Below the pieces are notes generated by a model. That model saw nothing but the letters and a program-made list of their open reading frames with translations, had not been told where the DNA came from and searched no databases. From a virus, in the IMG/VR virus record IMGVR_UViG_3300012928_000001, positions 32,001-96,000 of that record: a DNA stretch of 64,000 nucleotides; one strand, written 5' to 3'. This document shows positions 1 through 9,214 of this stretch, piece by piece. The position numbers and the translations under genes were made by a program. Position 1 is the first letter of the stretch, and the number at the start of each line of letters is the position of its first letter.

Positions 1-86
1 TCAGGATCCCTGACTACGATTCAGAGACACACAACCTCGAAGCGCGCGAGCGCATCGAGGCCGCGGGCAAGCGCAAGCAAAAGCCC

Positions 87-605
87 GTGCAACCCAAGCC
101 CCAACCCCAACCCCAACCCGAGATCAAAGACAACGCGGAGACCAAGCCCATGAGCAAGCCCACCGAGACCACCACCGACCCCAACCCCTTCGGCGACCTC
201 AAAGACGCCTTCACCGAGGGCGCCAAGGATGGCACCGCCGCCGGCTTCGCCCAGATCGCCGGCAAGTCCCTGGCCCGCCACGCCGGCCGGAGCCTGGGCA
301 TCCCCTCGACCTTCTTCGAGGGCCCGCTCGCCGCCGCCTTGCTCGGGGTCCTCGCGCCGCTCTTCATCATCGCGCTCGGGTGGCTCTGGGCCGACATGCC
401 CCGCCGCGCGTGGCTGCTGGAGCAGAGCAACCGGGCCCTGCGCGGCGCCGCGACGCAGCACTCCGCCAAGCTCATCGAGTTCGCGGGCGGGTGGCTCGTC
501 GAGCTCTTCTCGGCCGTCGACGGCGAGCCCCCGAAGGGCAAGGACAAGGGCAAGCCGGCCAGCGACGACATCGACGACACGGGCCCCCACGACTCGCCCA
601 ACTGA
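87..605 (+). CDS. hypothetical membrane protein (start may be ATG 150)
   Basis: GC3-rich ORF with one hydrophobic segment, followed by a terminator. Confidence 0.6.
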   Translation: MQPKPQPQPQPEIKDNAETKPMSKPTETTTDPNPFGDLKDAFTEGAKDGTAAGFAQIAGKSLARHAGRSLGIPSTFFEGPLAAALLGVLAPLFIIALGWLWADMPRRAWLLEQSNRALRGAATQHSAKLIEFAGGWLVELFSAVDGEPPKGKDKGKPASDDIDDTGPHDSPN

Positions 606-647
606 ACCTCTCGCGCAGCTCATGGATGAGCGCGAAGGCCATCGCAA

Positions 648-678
648 AGAGCCGCCCACGGATGGGCGGCTCTTTTTT
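648..678 (+). terminator. intrinsic terminator
   Basis: AGAGCCGCCCA-CGGA-TGGGCGGCTCT hairpin followed by T tract. Confidence 0.85.
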
Positions 679-709
679 GTGTCTCGCACTCGGTTTTGGC
701 CTACGGTAG
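679..709 (+). promoter_or_regulatory. conserved phage promoter, copy 1
   Basis: GTGTCT-N17-TACGGT; ATG 8 nt after the -10. Confidence 0.75.
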
Positions 710-715
710 ATCGAC

Positions 716-856
716 ATGATCGAACTCTGGAATCGCTACCTGCACGACCCGACCGTGTTTGTGGAATACACATTCTGCGGCGGTCTGATCTTGGTCTTTG
801 TCGCCTGCGCGCTGCGGTCGGCCTGGGTCGAGCTACTCAAAAAGGCGGGGTGGTGA
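716..856 (+). CDS. small membrane protein (46 aa, MIELWNRYLHDP...)
   Basis: Not in ORF track; follows the promoter, hydrophobic core, TGATG overlap with dUTPase. Confidence 0.6.
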   Translation: MIELWNRYLHDPTVFVEYTFCGGLILVFVACALRSAWVELLKKAGW

Positions 857-1308
857 TGGCTGACCTGCTCGTCGAGGTCACCACGGCGCCCCAGGCCCCG
901 ACCAAGGGCACGCCGCTCGCCGCTGGGTGGGACTGCTACGCGCCCACCCCCGGCTGCGTCCGGCCGGGCGAGACCGCCGTCATTCCGCTGGGGATCAAGC
1001 TGGCCCCCTCGATCGGCCTGACCCGCGACACGGCGCACGGCCACGACTTCATGGTCGAGCTGCGCGGGCGGTCGAGCCTCGCCGCTCAGGGCGTCCTGAC
1101 GCACGTCGGGACCATCGACGCGGACTACCGCGGCGAGGTCTCGGCCATCGTCACCAACCTCGGCGGCGCCCCCTTCGAGTGGCGCCGCGGCGACCGGGTC
1201 TGCCAGCTCGTCGTGGTCCCGCTGATCCCCGTCGAGATGCGCCGCGTCGAGCGAGTCGAGGCCGACACGGAGCGCGGCGACGGAGCCATGGGGAGCACGG
1301 GACGATGA
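856..1308 (+). CDS. dut: trimeric dUTPase
   Basis: Motifs AGWD, GRSS, GTIDADYRGE, RVCQL, RGDGAMGSTG. Confidence 0.95.
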   Translation: MADLLVEVTTAPQAPTKGTPLAAGWDCYAPTPGCVRPGETAVIPLGIKLAPSIGLTRDTAHGHDFMVELRGRSSLAAQGVLTHVGTIDADYRGEVSAIVTNLGGAPFEWRRGDRVCQLVVVPLIPVEMRRVERVEADTERGDGAMGSTGR

Positions 1309-1877
1309 GCGACCCGACGGCGCCCTCGAAGCTGCCCGAGACCTACGCGCCCCACTCCAGCCCCGCCCGCGCGTGGCGGCTCCTGGAGTGGCACGCCCGC
1401 GGGCGCCTGCTCGTGCACGGGGCCGAGGCCTATCGCTGCATGCACGGCGACGGCTACGATCTCAAAGACGTGATCAAGGCCATGGTCGAGGCCAAGATCC
1501 TGGTCCCGTGCAAGGTCGACTTGACCGGCACCGCGACGTTCCGCGGCGGACGTTTGGCGTTGCAGTTCAAGAGCCCAAAGCACATCGCCAAGGCGCCATG
1601 GTGCACCGACCATGCAACTTTCTGGACCTACACGCCCGGCAACCCGGTACCGATGATCTCGCCGCACACGCCCACGCGGGCGCAACGAATCGAGGCCTAC
1701 GAACGCGCCACCGAGCAAGCCCTCTCCGTGCGTGACGCGTGCAAGCTGCTCAACCTCTCCGTGGTCCCCACCCAAGTGCAGCCGCACTCGCGTGCGGTGA
1801 TCCTGGACGCGGCATCCATCGAGCACGCGGAGGGCACCCCGTCGATGTTGTGGGAGTGGCTCCGGGGCGGGAAGTGA
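1305..1877 (+). CDS. hypothetical protein
   Basis: ATGA overlap with dut; GC3-rich. Confidence 0.7.
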   Translation: MSDPTAPSKLPETYAPHSSPARAWRLLEWHARGRLLVHGAEAYRCMHGDGYDLKDVIKAMVEAKILVPCKVDLTGTATFRGGRLALQFKSPKHIAKAPWCTDHATFWTYTPGNPVPMISPHTPTRAQRIEAYERATEQALSVRDACKLLNLSVVPTQVQPHSRAVILDAASIEHAEGTPSMLWEWLRGGK

Positions 1878-2128
1878 TCCGCGACGCCGCGACCTTTTGG
1901 TACTGCTTCGGCAGGCTCCCCGATCACCGAAAGCGGATGGTCGGGGAGCTCGCTGCTAGGGGCCGGGTTGAGTGGTCGCTACAGCGCGACTTTCTTGGCG
2001 ACCATTTCGGCGTTGAGGTTGTCTCTCGCGGGTCGGTGATTAGTGCGGTGCTCATCATCGAAGCGTCCCCACTACTGCGCGAGCTGTCCGATCAAGTCTT
2101 GACCATGATCGCAGTACTCGACTCGTGA
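1874..2128 (+). CDS. hypothetical protein
   Basis: GTGA overlap with previous gene. Confidence 0.55.
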   Translation: MIRDAATFWYCFGRLPDHRKRMVGELAARGRVEWSLQRDFLGDHFGVEVVSRGSVISAVLIIEASPLLRELSDQVLTMIAVLDS

Positions 2129-2155
2129 CTCGCATGCTCGATCGGCCTACGGTAG
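2125..2155 (+). promoter_or_regulatory. conserved phage promoter, copy 2
   Basis: GTGACT-N17-TACGGT; ATG 6 nt downstream. Confidence 0.8.
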
Positions 2156-2159
2156 ATCG

Positions 2160-2531
2160 ATGGCAAAGCCCGCCATAGCACTACGCATACGTCGCACCCT
2201 GATTGTGCTCGGCCAAGGCGGCGAGCTGCGCGAGATAATCCGCCTCCCGAAAGACACCTACAGGCGCAGCGCCAACATAGCGTATTCGTTCTACGGCAAA
2301 GATAGGACGCTGAACACCTACGCGCTTTTTCTGGACGGCAACCCGTACGCATTCAAGGGCAAGCCGATAGAGCTCGGCCACAAAGTGCTCAGCATCTTGC
2401 TCGAACTGGACCTGATCACGAACGAATGGCCAGAGTTTGCGTGCTCGAAAACCTACGTGATTTCAGATGCCGGGCGGGCCCTCATCGAGGCGACCAACAT
2501 GGACGTGATCGACGCGGTGAAACAGCTATGA
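2160..2531 (+). CDS. hypothetical protein
   Basis: Leaderless ORF after the promoter. Confidence 0.65.
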   Translation: MAKPAIALRIRRTLIVLGQGGELREIIRLPKDTYRRSANIAYSFYGKDRTLNTYALFLDGNPYAFKGKPIELGHKVLSILLELDLITNEWPEFACSKTYVISDAGRALIEATNMDVIDAVKQL

Positions 2532-2959
2532 CCAAAGGACCCACAAAGAAAGATCGAAAGGCTCGGGCCCTGCGCAAGCGATTGCAGGGTCTACCGGATG
2601 ATCATATCATGGTACTGGGCGGGCTGCTGGCATGGTATCCCGTGCTGTTGCCTGAGTCGGCGGGCACTGTTGCCGAGGCCCATGAGTACCTGACGCGCGG
2701 GTACTCGCCCATTTGCTGGCCCCACTACAAGACCTCGCTCGGTGCGCTGTTCTCCCGAAATCTGTTGACTCTCGCACGGTGGACTGTCGAATATAGGTTC
2801 GACGATTGGACCACAAAAGAGCGGCGCTTTTCAGTTGAGCTATGCGATGATTTGGCCGAACTGGCGAAAGCGCGTAACTTCGATGTGCTGTTTGCAATCA
2901 AGCATGGAGAGTCACGCGACGGCGTGAGCAGGTACATGGAGAGTCACGCGACGGCGTGA
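2528..2959 (+). CDS. hypothetical protein, paralog-like to the preceding gene; C-terminus altered by a 32-bp duplication
   Basis: ATGA overlap; both end in similar motifs (NMDVIDAVK / NFDVLFAIK). Confidence 0.55.
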   Translation: MTKGPTKKDRKARALRKRLQGLPDDHIMVLGGLLAWYPVLLPESAGTVAEAHEYLTRGYSPICWPHYKTSLGALFSRNLLTLARWTVEYRFDDWTTKERRFSVELCDDLAELAKARNFDVLFAIKHGESRDGVSRYMESHATA

Positions 2960-2969
2960 GCAGGTACAT
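2903..2969. repeat. perfect 32-bp tandem duplication
   Basis: CATGGAGAGTCACGCGACGGCGTGAGCAGGTA x2. Confidence 0.95.
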
Positions 2970-2987
2970 TGGGAAAACGGCCGTACG

Positions 2988-3200
2988 ATGATCGCAACAT
3001 GGGACCAAGCGCGCGCGACCTTTGAACACATGATGGATTTGCGCGAGCAGATGGCCGCCGTCAAAGCGGTGATTGCTGATCTCTACTTTTGGGAGTGGCG
3101 CGAACGCAGACGGCTCAATGCGCAACTGAACCGGCTAGCCGGTTTGGAAGCGGAATGCGCACGCATGTATTGGTGGTCGATCCGTCAGCTTACCGTGTGA
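2988..3200 (+). CDS. hypothetical protein
   Basis: Short helical ORF ending at the next promoter. Confidence 0.55.
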   Translation: MIATWDQARATFEHMMDLREQMAAVKAVIADLYFWEWRERRRLNAQLNRLAGLEAECARMYWWSIRQLTV

Positions 3201-3227
3201 CTAGCAGGTCTATTCGGCCTACAGTCA
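3197..3227 (+). promoter_or_regulatory. conserved phage promoter, copy 3
   Basis: GTGACT-N17-TACAGT; ATG 6 nt downstream. Confidence 0.8.
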
Positions 3228-3231
3228 TTCG

Positions 3232-4014
3232 ATGCTGATTCACCCAAAACTGATCATACCCCTCCTGATAGCTAGCCTCGCGGGCTGTGTCATCGACGAT
3301 GGCACGACGCCTTGCGAGGAATCGGCCGACGAAGACGGGGGCGACGAGAACGGCGAAGAGGGAGCGACGTGCGAGGCTCTGATCATGCCCGAGTACACCC
3401 GTAACGGGTACATGTACTGCGGGCAATCGGAGTCTCTCGGCGAGCACCTTCCCGATGGCACGGTCACGGCCTACGGCGTGACCGACTACGTCTTCGAGAC
3501 GAGCACGCACACCCAGACGATGCTCTGGGATTACGTGGATCTCAACTGGCAATCGCCAGACCCGTGGTCGGCCGAGTACAACGCCTATGTGCAGTTGCCG
3601 GGCGTCGTCTCGCACACCGTGCTCGGGCAAGAGTACATGGCCTTCATGTCGCGCGGTTGCTGCCCGCAACGCGTGATCGAAGGTTGGTACGGCGACCCGC
3701 TGCCCAACGCCGCGTGCAGCGGCGGGCACCAACTCAACGACACGCCGATGGCGTGGTGCCTCGACCTGCTCGACGGCACCGACTCGGGTGCGTGCGTGTA
3801 CCCGTGCGACGACGATCTCGACTGCCCCAACCCCGCGCAAGAGTTCTGCGACACGACCGTCCAGGACTTCTACGGCACCGCCGCGGGCGTGTGTCGCTAC
3901 GATGCGACGTGGCAGGTTCCCACGTCGCTGGAGATGATCGGCGACCCGATGCCCCCGCCCCCGCCCTCGCCCGAGGGCCAGCCTTCCACCCACACCCCCA
4001 ACGTCAACCGCTGA
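3232..4014 (+). CDS. Cys-rich acidic lipoprotein
   Basis: Signal peptide with lipobox SLAGC; many Cys; CDDDLDC motif. Confidence 0.8.
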   Translation: MLIHPKLIIPLLIASLAGCVIDDGTTPCEESADEDGGDENGEEGATCEALIMPEYTRNGYMYCGQSESLGEHLPDGTVTAYGVTDYVFETSTHTQTMLWDYVDLNWQSPDPWSAEYNAYVQLPGVVSHTVLGQEYMAFMSRGCCPQRVIEGWYGDPLPNAACSGGHQLNDTPMAWCLDLLDGTDSGACVYPCDDDLDCPNPAQEFCDTTVQDFYGTAAGVCRYDATWQVPTSLEMIGDPMPPPPPSPEGQPSTHTPNVNR

Positions 4015-4025
4015 CCCACAAGCCC

Positions 4026-5837
4026 ATGAACACGACCAAGACCAAGATCAAGCTTCGCCTCGCCGCGCTCCTGCTCGGCCTCCCCATCGCCGCGTGCGGC
4101 GTCCTGGAGGGCGAGCAGAACGACGGACAGATCGGCGACGACGACATCGGAGCCGCCGACGAGGTGGGCGACGAGGCCGACGGCGGCGACGAGTGGAACG
4201 AGCCCGAGCCCGTGGTCGACCACGGCGTCGCTGACTTCTGCGTCGAGCGGGTGCAGGACCACACGGAGAACGGGACCTACTTCGTCCCCGGCGCCGAGCA
4301 GATCGCAGACCACGAGCGCTGGGCGACGCACATCGGGCGGACCTACGATGGCCACTTGTCGATCAAGGACAAGCCCTCGCCCAAGCAAGTTCCGCTCATG
4401 TGCCCCATCGACTGGCCGCACTTCGAGGACTACGCCGGACAGGCGCTCAAGGATGGCGGCTCGCCGTCCTGCCTGAACGCGAACTACCACTTGCAACTCC
4501 CCTTCCTCGGGTTCTCGGACTGGTCCGATCCGGGCTACCGCGTGCACGGCTACAGCCGCGACATCATGGTGTCCACGATCGGCAACCCGCCCGAGAGCGG
4601 TCGGCACACGCTCATGGACGTGGGGTGCTGCGCGGTCCCGCCGACCGAGCTCGAACTCGACTCGCCGACGTGGCATCCCGTCGTGTCGACCTACGGGCTG
4701 ACGGCCTTCGCCGGCAAGCCCGATGCCGACTGTGCGGCCTACGTCGGTTCGGTGGGCGTGCACAGCGACGCGGAGGGCTACCCGGCCTTGTACGCGCCGG
4801 CCGAGAACATCTCGGGCGTGATGACGTTCTCGACGTGCAACAACTCGACGAGTTACGACGGGATTCACGATGCGATGTTCGGCGCGCTCAAGATCGGCGC
4901 CCCGATCCACTTCCACCCGACGCGCTCGGCGGACCAGGCCCCGATCAACCTCAACTATGAGTATATGGTGAAGTTCAACACCTTCTCGTGGGAGGACTTC
5001 GCCGCCTTCGGGCCGATCATCGACGGCGCGATCAAGTGGCTGATCGGCAAGCTGTACTTGCCCCCGGGCGAGGAGGACTACCCCCACGCCCGCATGCGCG
5101 CGGGCGGGTTCTGTCACTTCCCGGTGGCGCTGCGTTGGTCCAACAGCAGCAACACGATCGGGGCGCGCTTCACCTGCCCGCTCGGCTACTACGCGGATTT
5201 CCCCAACTTCTACGTGGCCGAGGAGACCACGCAAATCAACGGCGTGGTCGGGACGTGTCGTCTCGACGGCGGCGAGTACGGGAGCGGCTCCGGCTTCGCT
5301 CCCCAAGGCCGCGTGGTCGACTACATCGACGGGCACAACAGCGGCTTCGGGCAGGTCGGGCAGGGCGGGGCCTACTACGTCGTGTCGGACCCGGCCAAGC
5401 TCGGCGAGCTCTTCGAGGCCGCCGAGGGCGACGGGCGCATCGGCCCCGAGCTCGCCCAGCTGCTCTCGGCCGTCGACGCCGACGGGAGCGAGCTCGACGT
5501 GGTGAGCGAGAACGCGGCGATCGAGTGGTGGAGCTCGCCCCACCGCGCCGACCCGCAGCCCATCGCCGACGCCCTCGTGCAGACCTTCGAGTATGACCTC
5601 GACGCGCTGCTGGCCGAGGGCATCGACGCCGACGATGCCAAGCGCTGGGCGGACGGCCCGATCCAGCGGCTCTCTGAGCTCGTCGAGGGCCTGCCCGAGC
5701 ACCTCGCCGACCGCTCGACCGTGACGCTGCGGGAGCACCACACGTGGCACCTGCGCGTCCGCGATCGGGTCGACGGCCAAGAGGTGATCAAGTTCCTCCA
5801 CTTCGTGGAGAACCCGAACCTCGACAACCCCGAGTGA
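4026..5837 (+). CDS. large Cys-containing lipoprotein (603 aa)
   Basis: Basic N-terminus, hydrophobic stretch, lipobox IAAC, acidic linker. Confidence 0.8.
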   Translation: MNTTKTKIKLRLAALLLGLPIAACGVLEGEQNDGQIGDDDIGAADEVGDEADGGDEWNEPEPVVDHGVADFCVERVQDHTENGTYFVPGAEQIADHERWATHIGRTYDGHLSIKDKPSPKQVPLMCPIDWPHFEDYAGQALKDGGSPSCLNANYHLQLPFLGFSDWSDPGYRVHGYSRDIMVSTIGNPPESGRHTLMDVGCCAVPPTELELDSPTWHPVVSTYGLTAFAGKPDADCAAYVGSVGVHSDAEGYPALYAPAENISGVMTFSTCNNSTSYDGIHDAMFGALKIGAPIHFHPTRSADQAPINLNYEYMVKFNTFSWEDFAAFGPIIDGAIKWLIGKLYLPPGEEDYPHARMRAGGFCHFPVALRWSNSSNTIGARFTCPLGYYADFPNFYVAEETTQINGVVGTCRLDGGEYGSGSGFAPQGRVVDYIDGHNSGFGQVGQGGAYYVVSDPAKLGELFEAAEGDGRIGPELAQLLSAVDADGSELDVVSENAAIEWWSSPHRADPQPIADALVQTFEYDLDALLAEGIDADDAKRWADGPIQRLSELVEGLPEHLADRSTVTLREHHTWHLRVRDRVDGQEVIKFLHFVENPNLDNPE

Positions 5838-5841
5838 TCCG

Positions 5842-5868
5842 AAGGGCCCGCGAGAGCGGGCCCTTTTT
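5842..5868 (+). terminator. intrinsic terminator
   Basis: AAGGGCCCGC-GAGA-GCGGGCCCTT followed by T tract. Confidence 0.85.
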
Positions 5869-5870
5869 CT

Positions 5871-5901
5871 GTGACTTGCACTCGTCTACGGCCTACGGTA
5901 G
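5871..5901 (+). promoter_or_regulatory. conserved phage promoter, copy 4
   Basis: GTGACT-N17-TACGGT; ATG 8 nt downstream. Confidence 0.8.
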
Positions 5902-5907
5902 GGCACC

Positions 5908-6177
5908 ATGCCCAAAGACCCCAAGACCAAGACCAAACCCCGCCTCGACCTCAAAGACAAGGCCTTGATCACCGGCGTCGTGATGTCGCTGATCGCCGGG
6001 CTCTGTCTCTTGCTGATCCCCAGTCTCGTGTGGTCCGTGATGACGTACATCATCATCGCCCTCATCGGGATGAGCTTTCCGCACATGTACAACATGCGGA
6101 ACGCGACCAACCTCGCCCTGGTCATCGACCTGCTGTTTCTGCTCGCGTGGGCCCTCTTGCAGGTCCAGCAAAACTAG
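5908..6177 (+). CDS. small multi-pass membrane protein
   Basis: About 3 hydrophobic segments. Confidence 0.7.
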   Translation: MPKDPKTKTKPRLDLKDKALITGVVMSLIAGLCLLLIPSLVWSVMTYIIIALIGMSFPHMYNMRNATNLALVIDLLFLLAWALLQVQQN

Positions 6178-6179
6178 CT

Positions 6180-6210
6180 GTGACTCGCAGGCCCGAGCGG
6201 CCTACAGTAG
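6180..6210 (+). promoter_or_regulatory. conserved phage promoter, copy 5
   Basis: GTGACT-N17-TACAGT; no start codon at the usual distance. Confidence 0.8.
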
Positions 6211-6346
6211 GGTGCCCGGATGGTCCGGGCATGCGCGCCGAGTTCAAAAAACTTTGGCGAGTGGAGGGCTCGGCGCGTTTCGGGGAGAAGTCGCAAGACA
6301 CCCAACGAACCCCGGAGATCGGTGGATCTCCGGGGTTCACCTTTTG
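6210..6346 (+). ncRNA. candidate structured small RNA
   Basis: Lies between promoter copy 5 and a 14-bp terminator-like hairpin; two internal stems. Confidence 0.5.
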
Positions 6347-6363
6347 TGTGCTACCATGATTAG

Positions 6364-7098
6364 ATGCGCTACGTAGGCGGCAAGACTCGGATCGCAAAAG
6401 AGCTCACCCCGTTCATCCTCGCGGCGGCCAAGAAAGCTGGCACATCGACGATCATCGAGCCCTTTTGCGGGGGCCTGGGCATGACGTGCGCACTCGTGAA
6501 AGCGTCGCCGTTCGTTCGCGTCGAGGCCAGTGATTACGCGCCCGGACTCATCACGCTCTATCGCAGCATCCGCGCCGGATGGAAGCCGCCCACCGATCTA
6601 GACAAAGCGCAGTGGGCGGAGCTCAAAAAGCGCGCGGGCGAAGATCACCGCCTAGTTGCATTCGCGGGGTTCGGGTGCAGCTTCAATGGGATCTACTTTT
6701 GCGGGTACGGGACCGAAAAGTTCCCCGGACAGGCCGCGCGAGGGCTCCGCAAAAAGCTCGACATCTGCACGCCCAAGCGGGTCACCCTAGAGTCCCGCAG
6801 CTATGCGGACATCGAGGTCACCGGCCCGTGTGTGATCTACTGCGATCCGCCCTATCGTGGCTGTGACCGCGACTCCTATCGCGCCCTGCACGGCACCCCA
6901 CACGAGCGATTCGACAGCGACGCGTTTTGGGAGTGGGCTCGCGTGTGCGCGGACAAGGGCGCGCATGTGCTCGTGAGCGAGTACGTAGGCCCGGACTGGG
7001 CGCGCGTACTGTGGCAGCGCGAGATCGTCTCCATGACCGGGAATCACAACGGTAAGGGCGACAAGGCAACCGAGAGGTTGTTTTACGTCGCGCCTTGA
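6364..7098 (+). CDS. dam: DNA adenine methyltransferase (Dam/D12 class)
   Basis: RYVGGK, EPFCGG, IYCDPPY, LVSEY, ERLF. Confidence 0.9.
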   Translation: MRYVGGKTRIAKELTPFILAAAKKAGTSTIIEPFCGGLGMTCALVKASPFVRVEASDYAPGLITLYRSIRAGWKPPTDLDKAQWAELKKRAGEDHRLVAFAGFGCSFNGIYFCGYGTEKFPGQAARGLRKKLDICTPKRVTLESRSYADIEVTGPCVIYCDPPYRGCDRDSYRALHGTPHERFDSDAFWEWARVCADKGAHVLVSEYVGPDWARVLWQREIVSMTGNHNGKGDKATERLFYVAP

Positions 7099-7115
7099 TT
7101 CATGCTGGTCCCACC

Positions 7116-8639
7116 ATGGGCGTACCAAAAGAGCAATTCGATGAATGGGTAGAGATCCCCTGGACGTTTCCCGAGGACACCATGTGTTGGGACGGCGACC
7201 GAGGTGGGACGGCGCCGCTACTCCTCGAAGACTATCAGCGGCAGTTCATGGACTGTCCGGCGAAGTATCGGGGTGTGAACAAATCGCGCCAGGTGGGGTA
7301 CTCATTCGTGTTCGCGGTCGAGTCGCTCACTCGGGCGATCATGGACCCCGGCCACACGTCGATGTTTGTCAGCTACAACCTCGACGACGCGCGAGAGAAG
7401 ATCACGATCATCCACAAGCTGCTCGATCTCAGCCCGGCGCTGCACGGTCTCGCTGATTTCGACGCGCTGAAAAATGACGTGAAAGTGAAGCCCAAGTGGG
7501 CGCGCAAGTGGTCGCTGATTCGGTCCCTCCCGTGCAGGCCCGTGCGAGGAAAGACCAAGGCTGATCTGTACCTCGACGAGATCGCCCACTATCAGGACGC
7601 AGAGCAGGTCTATCTCGGCAGCGCGCCCGCGACCGTGCGCTCCCTGACCGGTGGACAGATCACCGTTGCCAGTACCCCGAACGGGCGTGCTGGCATTTTC
7701 TGGGAGTGCATCGAGGGCCCGCGCTCGCGCCCGTACTGGAAGCAAAACGTCCCGTGGTGGGAGAGCCGGTATCTGTGCAGCGATGTCGAGCTCGCGCGCC
7801 GCGAGGCCGGGCTCATGACCACGGACGCGCGCATCTCAAAGTTCGCGCTGCCCAACCTCGTCGAGCTCTACGATGGCATGGCGCTGATCGACTTCCAGCA
7901 GGAATTCGAATGCGATTTTGTCGACGATGGATCGTCATACTTCCCGATGGACCTTCTCAACAAGAACGTCTGTCGGGATCGCCGATTGTGCCGAGATTTT
8001 GATGAGGTCTTGGAGAAGCGCCACCCCAAGGGCCAGCTTTTCGCCGGGGTCGACATCGGGCGATTCAAGGACACCACCGAAGTGGTGATTCTCGATCGGT
8101 GGCCTACGGAAAGCGCGTCAACGGGGTACGCCTATAGCCCGATGATGGTCATGACCATGGACCGCGTGAACACTCAGGAGCAAGGCGACCGGCTAGAGAC
8201 GCTCTTGAAGCATCCTGCGATTGAGCGGCTCTGGATCGACACTACTGGCATTGGTCTCGCCATCGGCGAGCGCCTGCGCAACGCCTTCCCTCGCAAGGTT
8301 GTGGGCGTCATGTTCACGACCCCGAGTAAAGAGCTCATGTGCGTGCTAGCTCGGCGCTCGTTCGAAAGGCTACTCGTCGACTTGCCTGATCCCGAGCACG
8401 AGGACAGCCGCGCCGGCCGTGAGGCCCGACTGTTCATCGATCACATCCACTCGATCAAGCGCCACGCGGGGACGGGCCGGCACGCTCGCTATGAGGCCGA
8501 GAGCACGACACACCACGGCGATCAGTTCTGGGCCTTTGCGCTCGTCATGCTGTGCGCCCATGAGGACCTGAAACCGCGACGCGATACGGCAACCCTGCGA
8601 GACGTTATCGACGTTTCGCTAGAGGCGAGTTTGGTATGA
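7116..8639 (+). CDS. terL: terminase large subunit
   Basis: KSRQVGYS, LYLDE, ASTPNG, GVDIGR, IDTTGIG, HGDQFWA. Confidence 0.92.
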   Translation: MGVPKEQFDEWVEIPWTFPEDTMCWDGDRGGTAPLLLEDYQRQFMDCPAKYRGVNKSRQVGYSFVFAVESLTRAIMDPGHTSMFVSYNLDDAREKITIIHKLLDLSPALHGLADFDALKNDVKVKPKWARKWSLIRSLPCRPVRGKTKADLYLDEIAHYQDAEQVYLGSAPATVRSLTGGQITVASTPNGRAGIFWECIEGPRSRPYWKQNVPWWESRYLCSDVELARREAGLMTTDARISKFALPNLVELYDGMALIDFQQEFECDFVDDGSSYFPMDLLNKNVCRDRRLCRDFDEVLEKRHPKGQLFAGVDIGRFKDTTEVVILDRWPTESASTGYAYSPMMVMTMDRVNTQEQGDRLETLLKHPAIERLWIDTTGIGLAIGERLRNAFPRKVVGVMFTTPSKELMCVLARRSFERLLVDLPDPEHEDSRAGREARLFIDHIHSIKRHAGTGRHARYEAESTTHHGDQFWAFALVMLCAHEDLKPRRDTATLRDVIDVSLEASLV

Positions 8640-8929
8640 GCAAACGGAACATCAACGCACTGATTGAAAAGCGCTACCAACAGCACGTCGCCGCGGCGCG
8701 CAAGCGCAATGGGGGCAAGTCGCTGACGCCGATAGAGCAATCGAAGCTGCGCCAATTCGCCGAGCTCGACGTGCTCGGAACCGATCGCACGTCACTCGCC
8801 GACTACGACAAGGAGCAGGCCGAGAAACGGCGTCACGAGCAAGTGGTCAGCGATTTGAAGCGCGACGAAGCGCGCGAGGTGTTCGAGGCCCGGCGACTGC
8901 TGGAGCTTTTTCCTGACGATCCATTGTGA
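8636..8929 (+). CDS. hypothetical protein
   Basis: ATGA overlap with terL. Confidence 0.65.
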   Translation: MSKRNINALIEKRYQQHVAAARKRNGGKSLTPIEQSKLRQFAELDVLGTDRTSLADYDKEQAEKRRHEQVVSDLKRDEAREVFEARRLLELFPDDPL

Positions 8930-8954
8930 CTCGCATTGCTGGCCAGCCTACAGT
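8926..8954 (+). promoter_or_regulatory. conserved phage promoter, copy 6
   Basis: GTGACT-N17-TACAGT; ATG 5 nt downstream. Confidence 0.75.
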
Positions 8955-8959
8955 CGAGC

Positions 8960-9205
8960 ATGGAGAACGCGATCCCCGATCGACTGTACACACTCGCGCA
9001 AGCTGGCCTCGCTACCGACGACCCCGATTCAGGGCTAGAAGTCACGTTTGAGCTGCGCCGCGGCATCACGGAGCAGGCCGCGAGCGGCTACTTGACCCCG
9101 TGGCGCCTCGCGGGGTGGCGCGTGCACGTGGCCATGCGCCGCAAGCGAGTTCGCGTCACCCTCGACGGGCGGCTCCCCCGTGCGCCCCGTTGCCGGCTCG
9201 TGTAA
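8960..9205 (+). CDS. hypothetical protein
   Basis: Leaderless ATG after the promoter. Confidence 0.55.
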   Translation: MENAIPDRLYTLAQAGLATDDPDSGLEVTFELRRGITEQAASGYLTPWRLAGWRVHVAMRRKRVRVTLDGRLPRAPRCRLV

Positions 9206-9214
9206 GCTCGCCTC

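Noticed and set aside
2903-2969. 32-bp repeat as a mini-CRISPR
   Set aside because: Copies are directly adjacent with no spacer.
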